From: Candidatus Saccharicenans sp.
GTDB lineage: Bacteria; Acidobacteriota; Aminicenantia; Aminicenantales; Saccharicenantaceae
Reading direction: 5' to 3'
NCBI GenBank assembly: GCA_026414545.1
Contig: JAOAIU010000007.1
Location: 39,261 to 103,260, forward strand
DNA: 64,000 nucleotides
Of the stretch, positions 20,624 through 31,497 are shown piece by piece (position 1 is the first letter of the stretch; each line of letters starts with the position of its first letter). The notes beneath the pieces are model-generated. The model made no database searches. It had not been told where the DNA came from and worked only from the letters and a program-made list of their open reading frames with translations. Both the position numbers and the translations under genes were made by a program.

Positions 20624-21994
20624 ATGGAACTCAGAGGTAAGAACGTCGTAGTCGTGGGTTTTGCCCGGACCGGCCAGGCCGTCTGCGATTTCCTGCTGGA
20701 AAAAGGAGTCGGCCGGTTGACGGTCAGCGACCGTAAGAGCGAAAACGAACTGGAACGGGTTGCCGAGTACCGCGAAAACGGCGTGGAATTTGACTGCGGC
20801 CGCCATCGGCTGGAACTTTTCCTGGAAGCCGACCTGATCGTGGTCAGCCCGGGCGTGCCACCTTTACCCGAAATCCTGGAAGCCCGCGACAGGGGGGTAA
20901 AGGTAATTTCAGAAATTGAACTGGCCTATCACTTCCTGAATTGCCGGCTAGTTGGCATTACCGGGTCCAACGGCAAATCGACCACCACCACCCTGATTTA
21001 CAGAATGCTCAGGAACAGCGGCCTCAAGGTCCACCTCACGGGAAACATCGGGAAGCCCCTGATTTCCTTCGTGAAAAAGAGCCGGCCGGACCACATCATT
21101 GTAACCGAAATCTCCAGCTTCCAGCTGGAATTTACGGAAACTTTCCGCACTGATATTGCTGTGTTTTTGAATATTTCGCCCAATCACCTCGACTGGCATA
21201 AGACCTACGAAAACTATATTCGGGCCAAGAAGAAGCTTTTCGACCAGCAACGGCCAGAAGACCTGGCCGTCCTCAATCGCGACGACGCCGTCCTCTGGGG
21301 CTGGCGCCGCGAGAAAAAATCAGGACTATATGCTTTCAGCCGAAAGCATACGGTACCCCGGGGTTGCTACCTCAAGGACTCAACGATCTGGTTGAAGCTT
21401 GAGGAAGAACTTCCGGTAATAAAAACCAGTGACATCAAGCTGAGAGGGGTTCACAACCTGGAAAATGTCATGGCTGCTGTGGTTGCCTCCCGCCTGGCCG
21501 GGGCGAGTCTGCCGGCCATCCGGCAGACCGCCAGAGACTTCAGGGGGTTAGAACACCGACTGGAAGAAGTGCGCACCATAAACCGGGTCCTGTTCGTGAA
21601 CGATTCCAAAGCTACCACCGTTGCCGCCACTGTTAAAGCTGTCCAGTCCTACTCACGCCCAATCGTACTAATCCTCGGGGGGCGCGACAAGGGGGGAGAC
21701 TTCTCCCCCCTGCGTCGCGCGCTAAAAAACAGGGTCAGAAAAATCCTGCTGATTGGTGAGGCCAAAGAAAAAATAAGGAAAGCGCTGGAAGGCGCCTTCT
21801 CGCTGGAAGAAGTTGCCACCTTCCGGGAGCTGGTGACCAGGGCCTATCAGGCTGCCCGGCCGGGAGACGTGGTGCTGCTGGCGCCGGCCTGCACCTCCTG
21901 GGACATGTTCAGGAACTTTGAGGAACGGGGCCGGCTGTTCAAGAAGGAAGTAAATTACCTGGCCAGAAAACTGGCTAAGAGGAAAAAGAGCTGA
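20624..21994 (+). CDS. murD: UDP-N-acetylmuramoylalanine--D-glutamate ligase
   Basis: N-terminal Rossmann VVGFARTG and Mur ligase P-loop GITGSNGKSTTT. Confidence 0.9.
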   Translation: MELRGKNVVVVGFARTGQAVCDFLLEKGVGRLTVSDRKSENELERVAEYRENGVEFDCGRHRLELFLEADLIVVSPGVPPLPEILEARDRGVKVISEIELAYHFLNCRLVGITGSNGKSTTTTLIYRMLRNSGLKVHLTGNIGKPLISFVKKSRPDHIIVTEISSFQLEFTETFRTDIAVFLNISPNHLDWHKTYENYIRAKKKLFDQQRPEDLAVLNRDDAVLWGWRREKKSGLYAFSRKHTVPRGCYLKDSTIWLKLEEELPVIKTSDIKLRGVHNLENVMAAVVASRLAGASLPAIRQTARDFRGLEHRLEEVRTINRVLFVNDSKATTVAATVKAVQSYSRPIVLILGGRDKGGDFSPLRRALKNRVRKILLIGEAKEKIRKALEGAFSLEEVATFRELVTRAYQAARPGDVVLLAPACTSWDMFRNFEERGRLFKKEVNYLARKLAKRKKS

Positions 21995-23106
21995 TGGAAG
22001 TCTTCAAGAGATTTGCCTTCGACAAGGTGCTGCTGGTCAACACCCTGTTACTGCTCATAATGGGGATCATCATGGTCTTCAGCTCCTCAGCCATCCTGGC
22101 CGGTGAAAAATACCGGCAAAGCTTTTACTTCCTGACCAACCAGATCATGGCTGCGGTCTTCGGCTTGATTCTGATGGTCATCGTGGCCTCAATCAGAGAA
22201 CCTTTTTTCACCATGACCAGGATGCTCTACCTGGCCACGGCCTTTACCTTTCTGCTCCTGGTGCTCTGCCTGGTCATGCCGCCATCGGCCAACGCCCACC
22301 GCTGGGTTCAGTTCATGGGGGTTCGTTTTCAGCCCTCGGAGCTGGCCAAGGTCGTCCTGGTCCTGTTCCTGGCCAATTACTGCTACCGGAAAGCGGATAC
22401 CATCAACCACTGGAAAACCCTGATGGTCCCGGTGGGTGTGGTGCTGGCCTTTGTCCTGGTCATACTGCTGGAACCAGATTACAGCACGGCCGTGTTCATT
22501 TTCCTTATTTCGGCCCTGATGCTGTACCTGGGCGGGGTCAAACTCAAGTATTTCGCTCCGCCGGCCCTGGTTCTGCTGGTCATATTCACCATTTTTCTTT
22601 TCTCGGCCGATTACCGGGTTAACCGGTTGCACGGATTCTTATCGCCCGGACAGGACCCTCTGGGTAAAGCTTTTCAGGTCCGGCAGTCAAAGCTGGCCGT
22701 CGGGGCCGGCGGGCTGCTGGGGGTGAGCATCGGCTCTTCCACCCAGAAACTCTATTTTCTTCCCTGCGCCCATACTGATTTTATCTTTGCCATACTCGGC
22801 GAGGAGCTCGGGTTGCTCGGTACCCTGGGCACCGTTAGCCTGTTATTGCTTTTCCTGTTCCGTGGCCTGAAAATAGCAAGCCAGACCCTAAATGCCAACT
22901 ACAGGTTGATCGCTTACGGGTTAACCCTGAGCATAACCATCCAGGCCCTGCTGAACATTAGCGTCGTTCTGGGCCTGGGACCGGTTACCGGTATTCCTCT
23001 TCCCTTTATTTCCTTTGGCCGTTCGGCCCTGGTCTGCAATCTACTGGCCGTGGGCCTGCTCCTAAATATTTCCCAGAGAAAGCTGGAGGTGACTTCTACC
23101 CCATGA
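21994..23106 (+). CDS. ftsW: Peptidoglycan glycosyltransferase FtsW (SEDS family)
   Basis: Polytopic SEDS-family protein. Position between murD and murG. Confidence 0.9.
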   Translation: MEVFKRFAFDKVLLVNTLLLLIMGIIMVFSSSAILAGEKYRQSFYFLTNQIMAAVFGLILMVIVASIREPFFTMTRMLYLATAFTFLLLVLCLVMPPSANAHRWVQFMGVRFQPSELAKVVLVLFLANYCYRKADTINHWKTLMVPVGVVLAFVLVILLEPDYSTAVFIFLISALMLYLGGVKLKYFAPPALVLLVIFTIFLFSADYRVNRLHGFLSPGQDPLGKAFQVRQSKLAVGAGGLLGVSIGSSTQKLYFLPCAHTDFIFAILGEELGLLGTLGTVSLLLLFLFRGLKIASQTLNANYRLIAYGLTLSITIQALLNISVVLGLGPVTGIPLPFISFGRSALVCNLLAVGLLLNISQRKLEVTSTP

Positions 23107-24203
23107 AGCAGACGACGGTTATCATCAGCGGCGGGGGCACGGGCGGGCACCTCTACCCAGCCCTGGTCCTGGGCCGCAGTCTATTGCGCCTGCAACCCGA
23201 CCTCCGGCTGGTCTATGTCGGCAGTTCCAGGGCAGTGGAAAAGAAGATCATGTCGGCCGAGGTCCAACATTTCCTCACCCTGCCGGTTGAAGGACTCAAA
23301 GGCGGGGGGCTGAAGAAGCTGCGCGGCCTGGTCCTTCTCCCCCTGGCCTTCTTGAAATCGTTCTTCATTCTTCTCCGGTTCCGCCCGGCCCTGGTGGTTG
23401 GAGTCGGAGGTTTCAGCTCGGGGCCGATTGTGCTCCTGGCTGCCCTGATGAACAAACCGACAGTCATCCTGGAGCAGAATGCCCTGCCCGGCTTCACCAA
23501 CCGTCAGCTCAGCCGATTTGTCGACCTGGTGGTTGTTTCTTTTGCCAGTTCTCTCGCCTATTTCGGGGACAAGGCGGTGCTGCTGGGCAACCCGGTCAGG
23601 CCGGAATTCTATGAAATTCCAAAAAAACAGCGAGAGCAGACCCTGACCCTGCTGATTTTTGGCGGGAGCCAGGGTTCAAAATTCCTCAACGACCGGTTGA
23701 TAGAATCTCTTGACCGTCTGAAGGAACTAAAAGATTCGCTGGTTATCTATCACCAGACCGGAGAAAGGGACCTCGACCGGGTCAGCCAGGCTTACCGGGA
23801 ACACAGCTTTTCCAGGGCGGTAGTAGCCGCCTTCTTTTCCCCCATGGCCGATTATCTGGCCAGAGCCGACCTGGTAATCTGCCGGGCCGGGGCCACCACC
23901 TGCGCCGAGCTGGTGGCCGGCCGGAAGCCAGCCCTGCTGGTACCCTTCGCCGCCGCCGCTGATAACCACCAGGAATTCAATGCCCGCGAGCTGGAAAAGG
24001 CCGGCGGGGCCGAGGTCATCCTGGAAAAGGACTTTCAGCCCGGGCTGCTGGCCGAAAAAATAAAATACTACCTGGACCATAAAGAAGTCCTCGACCGGAT
24101 GGAAGAAAATCTGGAAAAAATGCGACCGGAGAACGTGGCCGACAGGATTGCCAGCCTCTGCCTGGAGAGGATGAAGACCCGCACAGGAGGCAACCGTGGT
24201 TAA
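23103..24203 (+). CDS. murG: UDP-N-acetylglucosamine--N-acetylmuramyl-(pentapeptide) pyrophosphoryl-undecaprenol N-acetylglucosamine transferase
   Basis: GT28 N- and C-terminal domains: GGGTGGHLYPALV and GAGATTCAEL. Confidence 0.9.
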   Translation: MKQTTVIISGGGTGGHLYPALVLGRSLLRLQPDLRLVYVGSSRAVEKKIMSAEVQHFLTLPVEGLKGGGLKKLRGLVLLPLAFLKSFFILLRFRPALVVGVGGFSSGPIVLLAALMNKPTVILEQNALPGFTNRQLSRFVDLVVVSFASSLAYFGDKAVLLGNPVRPEFYEIPKKQREQTLTLLIFGGSQGSKFLNDRLIESLDRLKELKDSLVIYHQTGERDLDRVSQAYREHSFSRAVVAAFFSPMADYLARADLVICRAGATTCAELVAGRKPALLVPFAAAADNHQEFNARELEKAGGAEVILEKDFQPGLLAEKIKYYLDHKEVLDRMEENLEKMRPENVADRIASLCLERMKTRTGGNRG

Positions 24204-25596
24204 GAAAGGCTACCGCAAATTAAACCGCATTCACATGGTGGGCATAGGCGGCACCGGCATGTGCGGCATCGCCGAAGTCCTGCTCAACCTCGGTTATGAG
24301 GTTTCCGGCTCAGACCTGCAGGACAATGAAGCCACCCAGCGCCTAGCCAGGCTCGGAGCCAGAATTCACCGTGGCCATGCCGCTGAAAATGTCGGCCAGG
24401 CTGATGTCGTGGTTATTTCCTCAGCAGTAAGAGAGGATAACGTCGAGGTGGTTGAGGCCCGGGTTCGTCAGATCCCGGTTATTCCCCGGGCCGAAATGCT
24501 GGCCGAGCTAATGCGGATGAAATACGGCATAGCTGTGGCCGGAGCCCACGGCAAGACCACCACCACCTCCATGACGGCCATGGTCCTGGAGGTAGCTGGC
24601 TTTGACCCGACAGTCATCGTTGGCGGTCGCCTCAATACCCTCGGAGCCAATGCCCGCCTGGGCGAGGGAGATTTCATCGTGGCCGAGGCCGACGAAAGCG
24701 ACCGCTCCTTCCTGTATCTTTCTCCCTTCATTGCCGTCCTGACCAACATCGACGCCGAACACCTGGACCATTATGGTTCCCTGGATGAAATCAAGAAGAC
24801 CTTCGTCAGCTTTGCCAACAAGGTGCCCTTCTACTGCCCGGTCATCCTGTGCCTGGACGACCCCAACCTGCAATCAATCATTCCCGACCTGGAAAGGAAG
24901 ATCATTACCTACGGCTTCAGCTCTCAGGCCGACATCCAGGCCAGGGATTTTTCATTTTCCGAGTTCTCCAGCCAGTCCACGCTCTATGCTTTCGGCCAGC
25001 GACTGGGACGTTTGAAGCTCAACGTTCCCGGCAAGCATAACATCTTGAACGCCATGGCGGCCACGGCCGTGGGCCTGGACCTGGACATCCCCGCCCGGAC
25101 CATTCTCAAGGCCCTGGAGGAATATTCCGGAACCGGCCGCCGGTTTGAGCTGAAGGGTACGGTGAACGACATCATGGTCATCGAAGATTATGCCCACCAT
25201 CCGACCGAAATCCGGGCTACCCTGGAGGCAGCCCGGACCGGATGGGACAGAAGGTTGGTAGCCGTTTTTCAGCCTCATCGCTACAGTCGGCTGGCCCGGC
25301 TGCTTCCCGATTTTGCTACCGCCTTCAACCAGGCCGATATTCTTCTGGTAACCGAAATTTATGCCGCCGGAGAAGACCCCATAGAGGGAATCAACGGCCA
25401 GGTTCTGTTTGAAGCCATCAGGCAATTTGGTCACAAGAATGTCCTCTTTGAGCCGGTCCTGAACCGGATCCCCAGCCGGCTGGCAGAAATACTTCGTCCG
25501 AACGATTTGCTCCTGGTCCTGGGAGCTGGAAATATCAGCCGGATCATCCCGGAATTGATCAAGTTATTGCAGGGAGAAACCAACCATGGCCGTTGA
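24196..25596 (+). CDS. murC: UDP-N-acetylmuramate--L-alanine ligase
   Basis: IHMVGIGGTGMCGIAEVL and GAHGKTTTTSM motifs. Confidence 0.9.
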   Translation: MVKKGYRKLNRIHMVGIGGTGMCGIAEVLLNLGYEVSGSDLQDNEATQRLARLGARIHRGHAAENVGQADVVVISSAVREDNVEVVEARVRQIPVIPRAEMLAELMRMKYGIAVAGAHGKTTTTSMTAMVLEVAGFDPTVIVGGRLNTLGANARLGEGDFIVAEADESDRSFLYLSPFIAVLTNIDAEHLDHYGSLDEIKKTFVSFANKVPFYCPVILCLDDPNLQSIIPDLERKIITYGFSSQADIQARDFSFSEFSSQSTLYAFGQRLGRLKLNVPGKHNILNAMAATAVGLDLDIPARTILKALEEYSGTGRRFELKGTVNDIMVIEDYAHHPTEIRATLEAARTGWDRRLVAVFQPHRYSRLARLLPDFATAFNQADILLVTEIYAAGEDPIEGINGQVLFEAIRQFGHKNVLFEPVLNRIPSRLAEILRPNDLLLVLGAGNISRIIPELIKLLQGETNHGR

Positions 25597-26437
25597 AAAT
25601 GGATATCCGCTAAACGCCGCCGGGGCCGTGGTTTTCCACCGGGCAGCCCGGCCGGCCGGCTTCAAGGGTAAGAGCGGGAAGAAGCAGCTGCGCTGGACAC
25701 ATCTCGTCGGATTATTCTTAAGCCTGGTCCTGCTGTTTCTTGGCGTGGCTCAGCTCTACTACTACCTGATCACCTGTGATGAACTGAGAATCAAGAAGGT
25801 GGAAGTCCTGTCCTCCAGCCCGGAGCTCAAGCAGCGAGTAGAAAACTACCTGTTGAGCCGGAACCCGGGAAACATCCTGATCTGCAATCTCGATTATCTA
25901 AGGTTGAACCTGACCTCGCTGCCCGGGGTCAAGGAAGTCCGGGTGGAAAAGATTCTGCCCTCGACTCTTCGGGTTGAAGTCTTTCCCAGGACTCCCAGGG
26001 TCTATGTCCACCGGGGCCTGTATTTCCTGGTGGACGAAGAAGGGAAGGTTATCAGGAGCGAAGCCGAGCCTTCGGACCCGGCCTTTCCGGTGCTGGAGGA
26101 CGAAGGTGGTTTCAACCTGGCCTACCAGGAAAAGGTCAGCCTGGCCTGCCGGGCCCTGGGCGGGTTAGACCCCGAAGCCAAACAGTTTGTACGGCGCCTG
26201 ATTTTCAAAGCTGACCGGCGGCTGGAAGTGGAGCTGGCTGAGGACCCTGTCCGGATCATCATCGACCCGGAAAATTTTCCGCAACAACTGCCATACTACC
26301 TGGCAAATAGAGAGGCCTGGACCCGGCTGTTTGGCCCCCTGGAGTACGTGGATTTAAGAATTGAGGGCCGGGCCTACGTCAAACCCCTGGAACTATCCGC
26401 CCGGGAGGCCAGCGGGCAGAAAAAGGAGGTAAGTTAA
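25586..26437 (+). CDS. ftsQ: Cell division protein FtsQ (POTRA domain)
   Basis: TM anchor followed by POTRA and FtsQ beta domains. Follows murC directly, with no ddl or murB between them. Confidence 0.8.
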   Translation: MAVENGYPLNAAGAVVFHRAARPAGFKGKSGKKQLRWTHLVGLFLSLVLLFLGVAQLYYYLITCDELRIKKVEVLSSSPELKQRVENYLLSRNPGNILICNLDYLRLNLTSLPGVKEVRVEKILPSTLRVEVFPRTPRVYVHRGLYFLVDEEGKVIRSEAEPSDPAFPVLEDEGGFNLAYQEKVSLACRALGGLDPEAKQFVRRLIFKADRRLEVELAEDPVRIIIDPENFPQQLPYYLANREAWTRLFGPLEYVDLRIEGRAYVKPLELSAREASGQKKEVS

Positions 26438-27657
26438 TGGCCAGAAACAATTATCTGGTTGGTCTGGATATCGGCACCAAGAAGACGGTAGCCATCATCG
26501 GAGAAATCACTGAGGAACAGAAGGTTGAAATCATCGGCATCGGGGTGGCGGAATCCAAGGGCATCAGGAAAGGAGTGGTGGTCAACCTGGACCTGACCAT
26601 CTCGGCCATCAAGAGGGCCCAGGAAGAAGCCGAGCTGATGGCCGGAGTGGAAATAGAATCGGCCTACGTGGGCATCTCCGGTTCTCATATCAAGAGCTTC
26701 AACAGCCGCGGGGTGGTGGCTGTGTCCGGCAAGAACCGGGAGATCTCCCGCGAGGACATCCGCCGGGTGATCGACCAGGCCCGGGCCCTGTCCATCCCAC
26801 CCGACCGGGAAATAATACACATCATACCCCAGGAATTCATCGTGGACGAACAGGACGGAATAAAGGACCCGCTGGGCATGAGCGGCATCAAACTGGAAGT
26901 CAATGTTCACATCGTCACCTCGGCCATCACCTCCATCCAGAACCTTAAAAACTGCCTGGAGCGGGCCGGAATCGGCATACAGGAAATAGTCCTCAATCAG
27001 ATTGCTACCAGCCACTCGGTGTTAACCCACGATGAACGGGAGCTGGGCGTGGGCCTGATCGACATCGGAGCCGGAACTACCGAAGTGGCCATCTTCGAAC
27101 GCGGAGCGCTGTGGTACACCTCAACCATCCCGCTGGGCGGCGATAACTTTACCAACGACATTGCTGTCGGGCTGCGCACTCCCATTCCCGACGCTGAGAA
27201 GATCAAGAAAAAATACGGCTGCGTGGCCCTGCCCGTGACCGAGGAACAGGACACCATCGAAGTCCCGACCGTCGGCAAGGGCCGGAAATCGCGGGTGATG
27301 TCCAGACAGATCCTGGCCGACATCATCCAGCCCCGGGCCGAGGAAATTTTCCGCCTGGTAGATTCAGACATCAAGAGAATGGGTTATGAAAAGTCGCTCA
27401 ACTCCGGGCTGGTTCTGACCGGCGGCACCGCCCTATTGGACGGCCTGGAAGAAGTGGCCGAGGAAATCTTCGACCTTCCGGTCAGGCGGGGTGACCCGAA
27501 CTACATCGGCGGACTGATAGACCGCGTCAGCACGCCCGATTATGCCACGGCCGTCGGACTCATCCTCTATGGATACAACCAGATTCTGGAACGCGGTTTT
27601 ATTAAAGATAAAAAGAAAGGCTTCTGGACCAGGATTAAAGACTGGTTCAATGAATAA
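26437..27657 (+). CDS. ftsA: Cell division protein FtsA
   Basis: Actin-like ATPase: [16 protein letters not shown] and [10 protein letters not shown], with a C-terminal amphipathic helix. Confidence 0.9.
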   Translation: MARNNYLVGLDIGTKKTVAIIGEITEEQKVEIIGIGVAESKGIRKGVVVNLDLTISAIKRAQEEAELMAGVEIESAYVGISGSHIKSFNSRGVVAVSGKNREISREDIRRVIDQARALSIPPDREIIHIIPQEFIVDEQDGIKDPLGMSGIKLEVNVHIVTSAITSIQNLKNCLERAGIGIQEIVLNQIATSHSVLTHDERELGVGLIDIGAGTTEVAIFERGALWYTSTIPLGGDNFTNDIAVGLRTPIPDAEKIKKKYGCVALPVTEEQDTIEVPTVGKGRKSRVMSRQILADIIQPRAEEIFRLVDSDIKRMGYEKSLNSGLVLTGGTALLDGLEEVAEEIFDLPVRRGDPNYIGGLIDRVSTPDYATAVGLILYGYNQILERGFIKDKKKGFWTRIKDWFNE

Positions 27658-27667
27658 GGAGGCAAAA

Positions 27668-28891
27668 ATGCGCGATGACTTCGGCAACAAGATCAAATTT
27701 CACCTGGCAGAGGAAAATCCGGGAGCAAAAATTAAGGTCATAGGCATTGGCGGCGGCGGCGGTAACGCCGTCAACCGGATGATCGAAAGCGGAATCGAGG
27801 GAGGGGAATTCATCGCCATCAACACCGACCGCCAGGCCCTGAATAATAACCGGGCCCACCTCAAGATCCAGGTCGGGAGCAAGCTGACCAAGGGCCTGGG
27901 CTCGGGCGGGGACCCCGAGGTCGGTCGCCAAGCAGCCGAAGAAGATACCGAGCGGCTGGCCGAAATACTGGAAGGAGCTGACATGGTCTTCCTGACGGCT
28001 GGCCTGGGCGGCGGCACCGGAACCGGAGCCACGCCGGTCATCGCCAATCTGGCCTCCGGGATGGGAATCCTGGTCATCGCCATCGTCACCATGCCCTTTG
28101 CTTTTGAGGGCAGGATCCGGGCTAAAAAAGCCGAAGAAGGGCTGCAGGAACTGAAATCGGTGGTGGATACGGTCATCGCCATTCCCAACCAGAGGCTGAT
28201 TGACACGGTTAACCTGGACACCACCATCCCCGAGGCCTTCCGCATGGCCGACGACGTCCTGCGCCAGGCGGCCCAGGGCATTTCCGACCTGATTACCAGG
28301 CCCGGTCTGATCAACCTGGATTTCGCCGACGTCAAGTCCATAATGAAAGGAATGGGCATGGCCTTCATGGGCACCGGCATCGCCAGCGGCGAAAACCGAG
28401 CGGTGGAGGCAGCCCAGAAAGCCATCAGCAGCCCGCTGCTTATAGATACTTCCATAGAGGGAGCCAGGGGTGTGCTCATCAACATCACCGGTGGCAAAGA
28501 CATGACCTTGCACGAAGTCTCCAAGGCTTCCCAGCTCATCACCAGCCTGGCTGACCCCGAAGCCAACATCATCTTCGGAACGGTCCTGGATGAAGAAGTC
28601 CGGGAAACAATAAAAGTTACGGTAATTGCCACCGGCTTTGACCGCAAGAAGCCGAGGACGGCCACGCCCGAAATCATCCGGAGACCGACCAGCAGCCCAC
28701 CGACCCAGACCGCGGTCATGGTCAAGGGCGATACGCCGCCCTATCTTTTTGAACCCAAGGGTGGGCCGGCCGCGCCGGCCATGGTCGAACCGGCCCCTTC
28801 CGAAATCGACTGGAACGAACTCAACACCCCGGCCTTTATCAGGAAAACCAGGCAGGGTTCAATGAGGAAAACGCCCAATGACCTGCGCTGA
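27668..28891 (+). CDS. ftsZ: Cell division GTPase FtsZ
   Basis: Start set at the ATG at 27668, preceded by a GGAGG SD at 27658-27662. The track ORF start at 27542 lies inside ftsA. Tubulin signature GGGTGTG, T7 loop, and a C-terminal conserved peptide. Confidence 0.95.
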   Translation: MRDDFGNKIKFHLAEENPGAKIKVIGIGGGGGNAVNRMIESGIEGGEFIAINTDRQALNNNRAHLKIQVGSKLTKGLGSGGDPEVGRQAAEEDTERLAEILEGADMVFLTAGLGGGTGTGATPVIANLASGMGILVIAIVTMPFAFEGRIRAKKAEEGLQELKSVVDTVIAIPNQRLIDTVNLDTTIPEAFRMADDVLRQAAQGISDLITRPGLINLDFADVKSIMKGMGMAFMGTGIASGENRAVEAAQKAISSPLLIDTSIEGARGVLINITGGKDMTLHEVSKASQLITSLADPEANIIFGTVLDEEVRETIKVTVIATGFDRKKPRTATPEIIRRPTSSPPTQTAVMVKGDTPPYLFEPKGGPAAPAMVEPAPSEIDWNELNTPAFIRKTRQGSMRKTPNDLR

Positions 28892-30152
28892 CCTGGTGGT
28901 TGCCGGCCTGGACCAGCTCCTGACTTGCGGGGGACCGGCCCCCAAGACCGGGCCGGCCATGAGGGAAGTCGGCCTGCTGGAAAAGGCCTGGATTGCCGGC
29001 TGCCAGGGTAAAGTAATCTTTGTCGGTTCGGAAAAAGAATTCAAGGAGAAGGTCAACCCAGCCGAAAATGCCCGGATTATAGACGGCAGGGGCCTGGTCG
29101 GACTGCCCGGATTGGTCGATGCCCATACTCACCTGCCCTTCGCCGGCAACCGGGAGAGAGAATTCTCCCTGCGCCTTCAGGGATACACCTACCAGCAGCT
29201 GGCGGCTATGGGCCTGGGCATCCAGACCACGGTCCGGGCCACCAGGGAAGTGAGCCGGGAGGAACTCAAAGATCTCTGTCGGAAACGCCTCCGGGCCATG
29301 CTGCTCAATGGTGCAACCACGGTGGAGGCTAAGAGCGGCTACGGTCTGAATTACGAAGACGAAATCAAGCAGCTGGAAGTGGTCAGAGAACTGGCCGGCG
29401 AACAACCGGTCAGCCTGGTGCCTACCTTCATGGGCGCCCATGAAATTCCACCGGAATACAGGACTGAAAGAAAGGCCTACATTGAATTACTAATAAACAG
29501 AGTCATGCCAGAAGTCAGGCAGCGCCGGCTGGCTGAATTTTTCGACATCTTCTGCGAGCCGACAGTCTTCAACCTGGAAGAGACCAGGCAGCTGGCCGAG
29601 GCCGCCCTGAAACTCGGCTTCAAGCTCAAGATCCATGCTGATGAATTCATACCCATCGGCGGCACCGAGCTGGCGGTCGAACTCGGCGCCCGCTCGGTCG
29701 AGCACCTCATAAACATAACCCCCGAAGGGATAGAAAAACTCAGCCGCAGCCGGACAGCAGCCGTGCTCCTGCCCGGAGTATCTTTCTTTTTGATGATGGA
29801 CAAAAAGGCCCCGGCCCGGGAATTGCTCGACCGCGGAGCCATCGTGGCTCTGGCCAGCGATTTTAACCCCGGTAGCTCTCACCTGCTGTCCATGCTATTC
29901 GTGCTTCAGCTCGGCGTCTTCACCCTGCGGATGACGGTGGAGGAAGCCGTCAATGCCTGCACCATCAATGCCGCCTATGCCCTCGACCGCCAGGACCGCT
30001 GCGGTTCTCTGGAAACGGGGAAGGATTTTGACCTTATTCTCTGCGACCTTCCCTCTTACCTTTCCCTGGCCTACGAGCTCGGCCGCAACCCGGTCAAAAC
30101 GGTCATCAAGGCCGGCCGGGTGGTAGTCCAAGACGGTCACCCGGTTAGTTGA
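28878..30152 (+). CDS. hutI: Imidazolonepropionase (HutI family amidohydrolase)
   Basis: Collinear with HutI along its length: [40 protein letters not shown] at 28878 with a GAGGA SD. Overlaps the ftsZ 3' end by 14 nt. Confidence 0.8.
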   Translation: MTCADLVVAGLDQLLTCGGPAPKTGPAMREVGLLEKAWIAGCQGKVIFVGSEKEFKEKVNPAENARIIDGRGLVGLPGLVDAHTHLPFAGNREREFSLRLQGYTYQQLAAMGLGIQTTVRATREVSREELKDLCRKRLRAMLLNGATTVEAKSGYGLNYEDEIKQLEVVRELAGEQPVSLVPTFMGAHEIPPEYRTERKAYIELLINRVMPEVRQRRLAEFFDIFCEPTVFNLEETRQLAEAALKLGFKLKIHADEFIPIGGTELAVELGARSVEHLINITPEGIEKLSRSRTAAVLLPGVSFFLMMDKKAPARELLDRGAIVALASDFNPGSSHLLSMLFVLQLGVFTLRMTVEEAVNACTINAAYALDRQDRCGSLETGKDFDLILCDLPSYLSLAYELGRNPVKTVIKAGRVVVQDGHPVS

Positions 30153-30408
30153 CCCCCCCTACCGCCCGGTCTATTCTTGCTTATTACCGTGAAAGCTTCA
30201 TCCCCGCTTATGGGTTAGGCCTTCAGTCATTTTCACGCGACAGGCCCGCCCCCCTGATATATGAATAATCATTCATATGTTATGCCATCCCAGGCCAGCC
30301 CGGTTCCAGTTCTTCTGACCGGATTGGTAGCACGGGCCGCCCGGTCAAGAACCATGGTAATTTCTCCGGCCAGATGTTGTAAATTCAGAAAGGTAAGGAG
30401 ATGGCACC

Positions 30409-31497
30409 ATGAGGATCATAAGGATTCCGCAATCCAGCTTATCGGCTTTTTTCTTAATCCTGGCCCAGGCGGGCTGGGTTCTGTTTTCAGCATCGCTTTA
30501 TGCCCAGGTCAAAAGGGTGATATACCAGCCCGGCCCCGGCGACTTCAAGTATACCTTCGGGCAGAGCCGCCCGGTCTTGAAGGTCAGACCCGGCACCATC
30601 ATAGAAACCTACACCGAAGACTGTTATGACGGCCGGGTAAAAAAGCCCGGCGACCTGCCGACTGAAGTCATCCCGCCCGGCCATGACAACCCGCAGACCG
30701 GACCTTTTTACATCGAAGGAGCGGAACCTGGAGATACCCTGGCTGTCCACCTTATTTCCCTGGAACCAGTCCGGGATTATGCCATCAGCAGCTACTTCCC
30801 GGATTTCGGCATACTGACCCCGACTAAATACACGGCCATGCTCAACCAGCCCCTCCCGGAAACGGTCTGGTGGTACCAGGTTGATAAAAAGAAAGGAACC
30901 GTCCGTTTCCAGTCGCGCCAGGGAAATTTTTCTCTGGAGCTGCCGGTCAAGCCATTCCTGGGCTGCCTGGGGGTGGCTCCGGCCGACAATGAAGTCAGAA
31001 CCACAATAGTGCCCGAAGCTTTCGGCGGCAATCTGGATTCGCCCGAAGTCCGGCCTGGCCATACCATCTACCTTCCAGTAAACGTAAAGGGAGCTCTGCT
31101 CTTTCTCGGCGACGGCCACTTAATACAGGGTGAGGGAGAAATAATCGGAACTGCGGTGGAGGCAGCCATGAAAGTCGTCCTTTACGTGGACCTCGTGAAG
31201 AGCTGGAAGATCGAGTGGCCGAGGATAGAGAGCGATGAATATTTAATGAGCCTCGGCAGTTACCGGCCGCTGGAAGATGCTTTCCGGATAGCTCACCGGG
31301 ATATGGTCGACTGGCTGACGACCGCCTACCGGCTGGAAACGATGGATGCCTACCAGCTTCTCTCCCAGGTTGGCGAGGCCCGAATCGCCCAGGTGGTCGA
31401 CCCAAACTACACGGTGGTGGCCCGCATCCCCAAAAAATACCTTCCGGCCGACGGGCAAGAAACACCCCACCAAAAAATCAGGAAGTTGAAACTCTAA
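30409..31497 (+). CDS. Acetamidase/formamidase (FmdA_AmdA) family protein with N-terminal signal/anchor sequence
   Basis: Hydrophobic N-terminus, then a fold-level match to FmdA/AmdA-family amidases over about 330 aa. AAGGAG RBS. Confidence 0.65.
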   Translation: MRIIRIPQSSLSAFFLILAQAGWVLFSASLYAQVKRVIYQPGPGDFKYTFGQSRPVLKVRPGTIIETYTEDCYDGRVKKPGDLPTEVIPPGHDNPQTGPFYIEGAEPGDTLAVHLISLEPVRDYAISSYFPDFGILTPTKYTAMLNQPLPETVWWYQVDKKKGTVRFQSRQGNFSLELPVKPFLGCLGVAPADNEVRTTIVPEAFGGNLDSPEVRPGHTIYLPVNVKGALLFLGDGHLIQGEGEIIGTAVEAAMKVVLYVDLVKSWKIEWPRIESDEYLMSLGSYRPLEDAFRIAHRDMVDWLTTAYRLETMDAYQLLSQVGEARIAQVVDPNYTVVARIPKKYLPADGQETPHQKIRKLKL

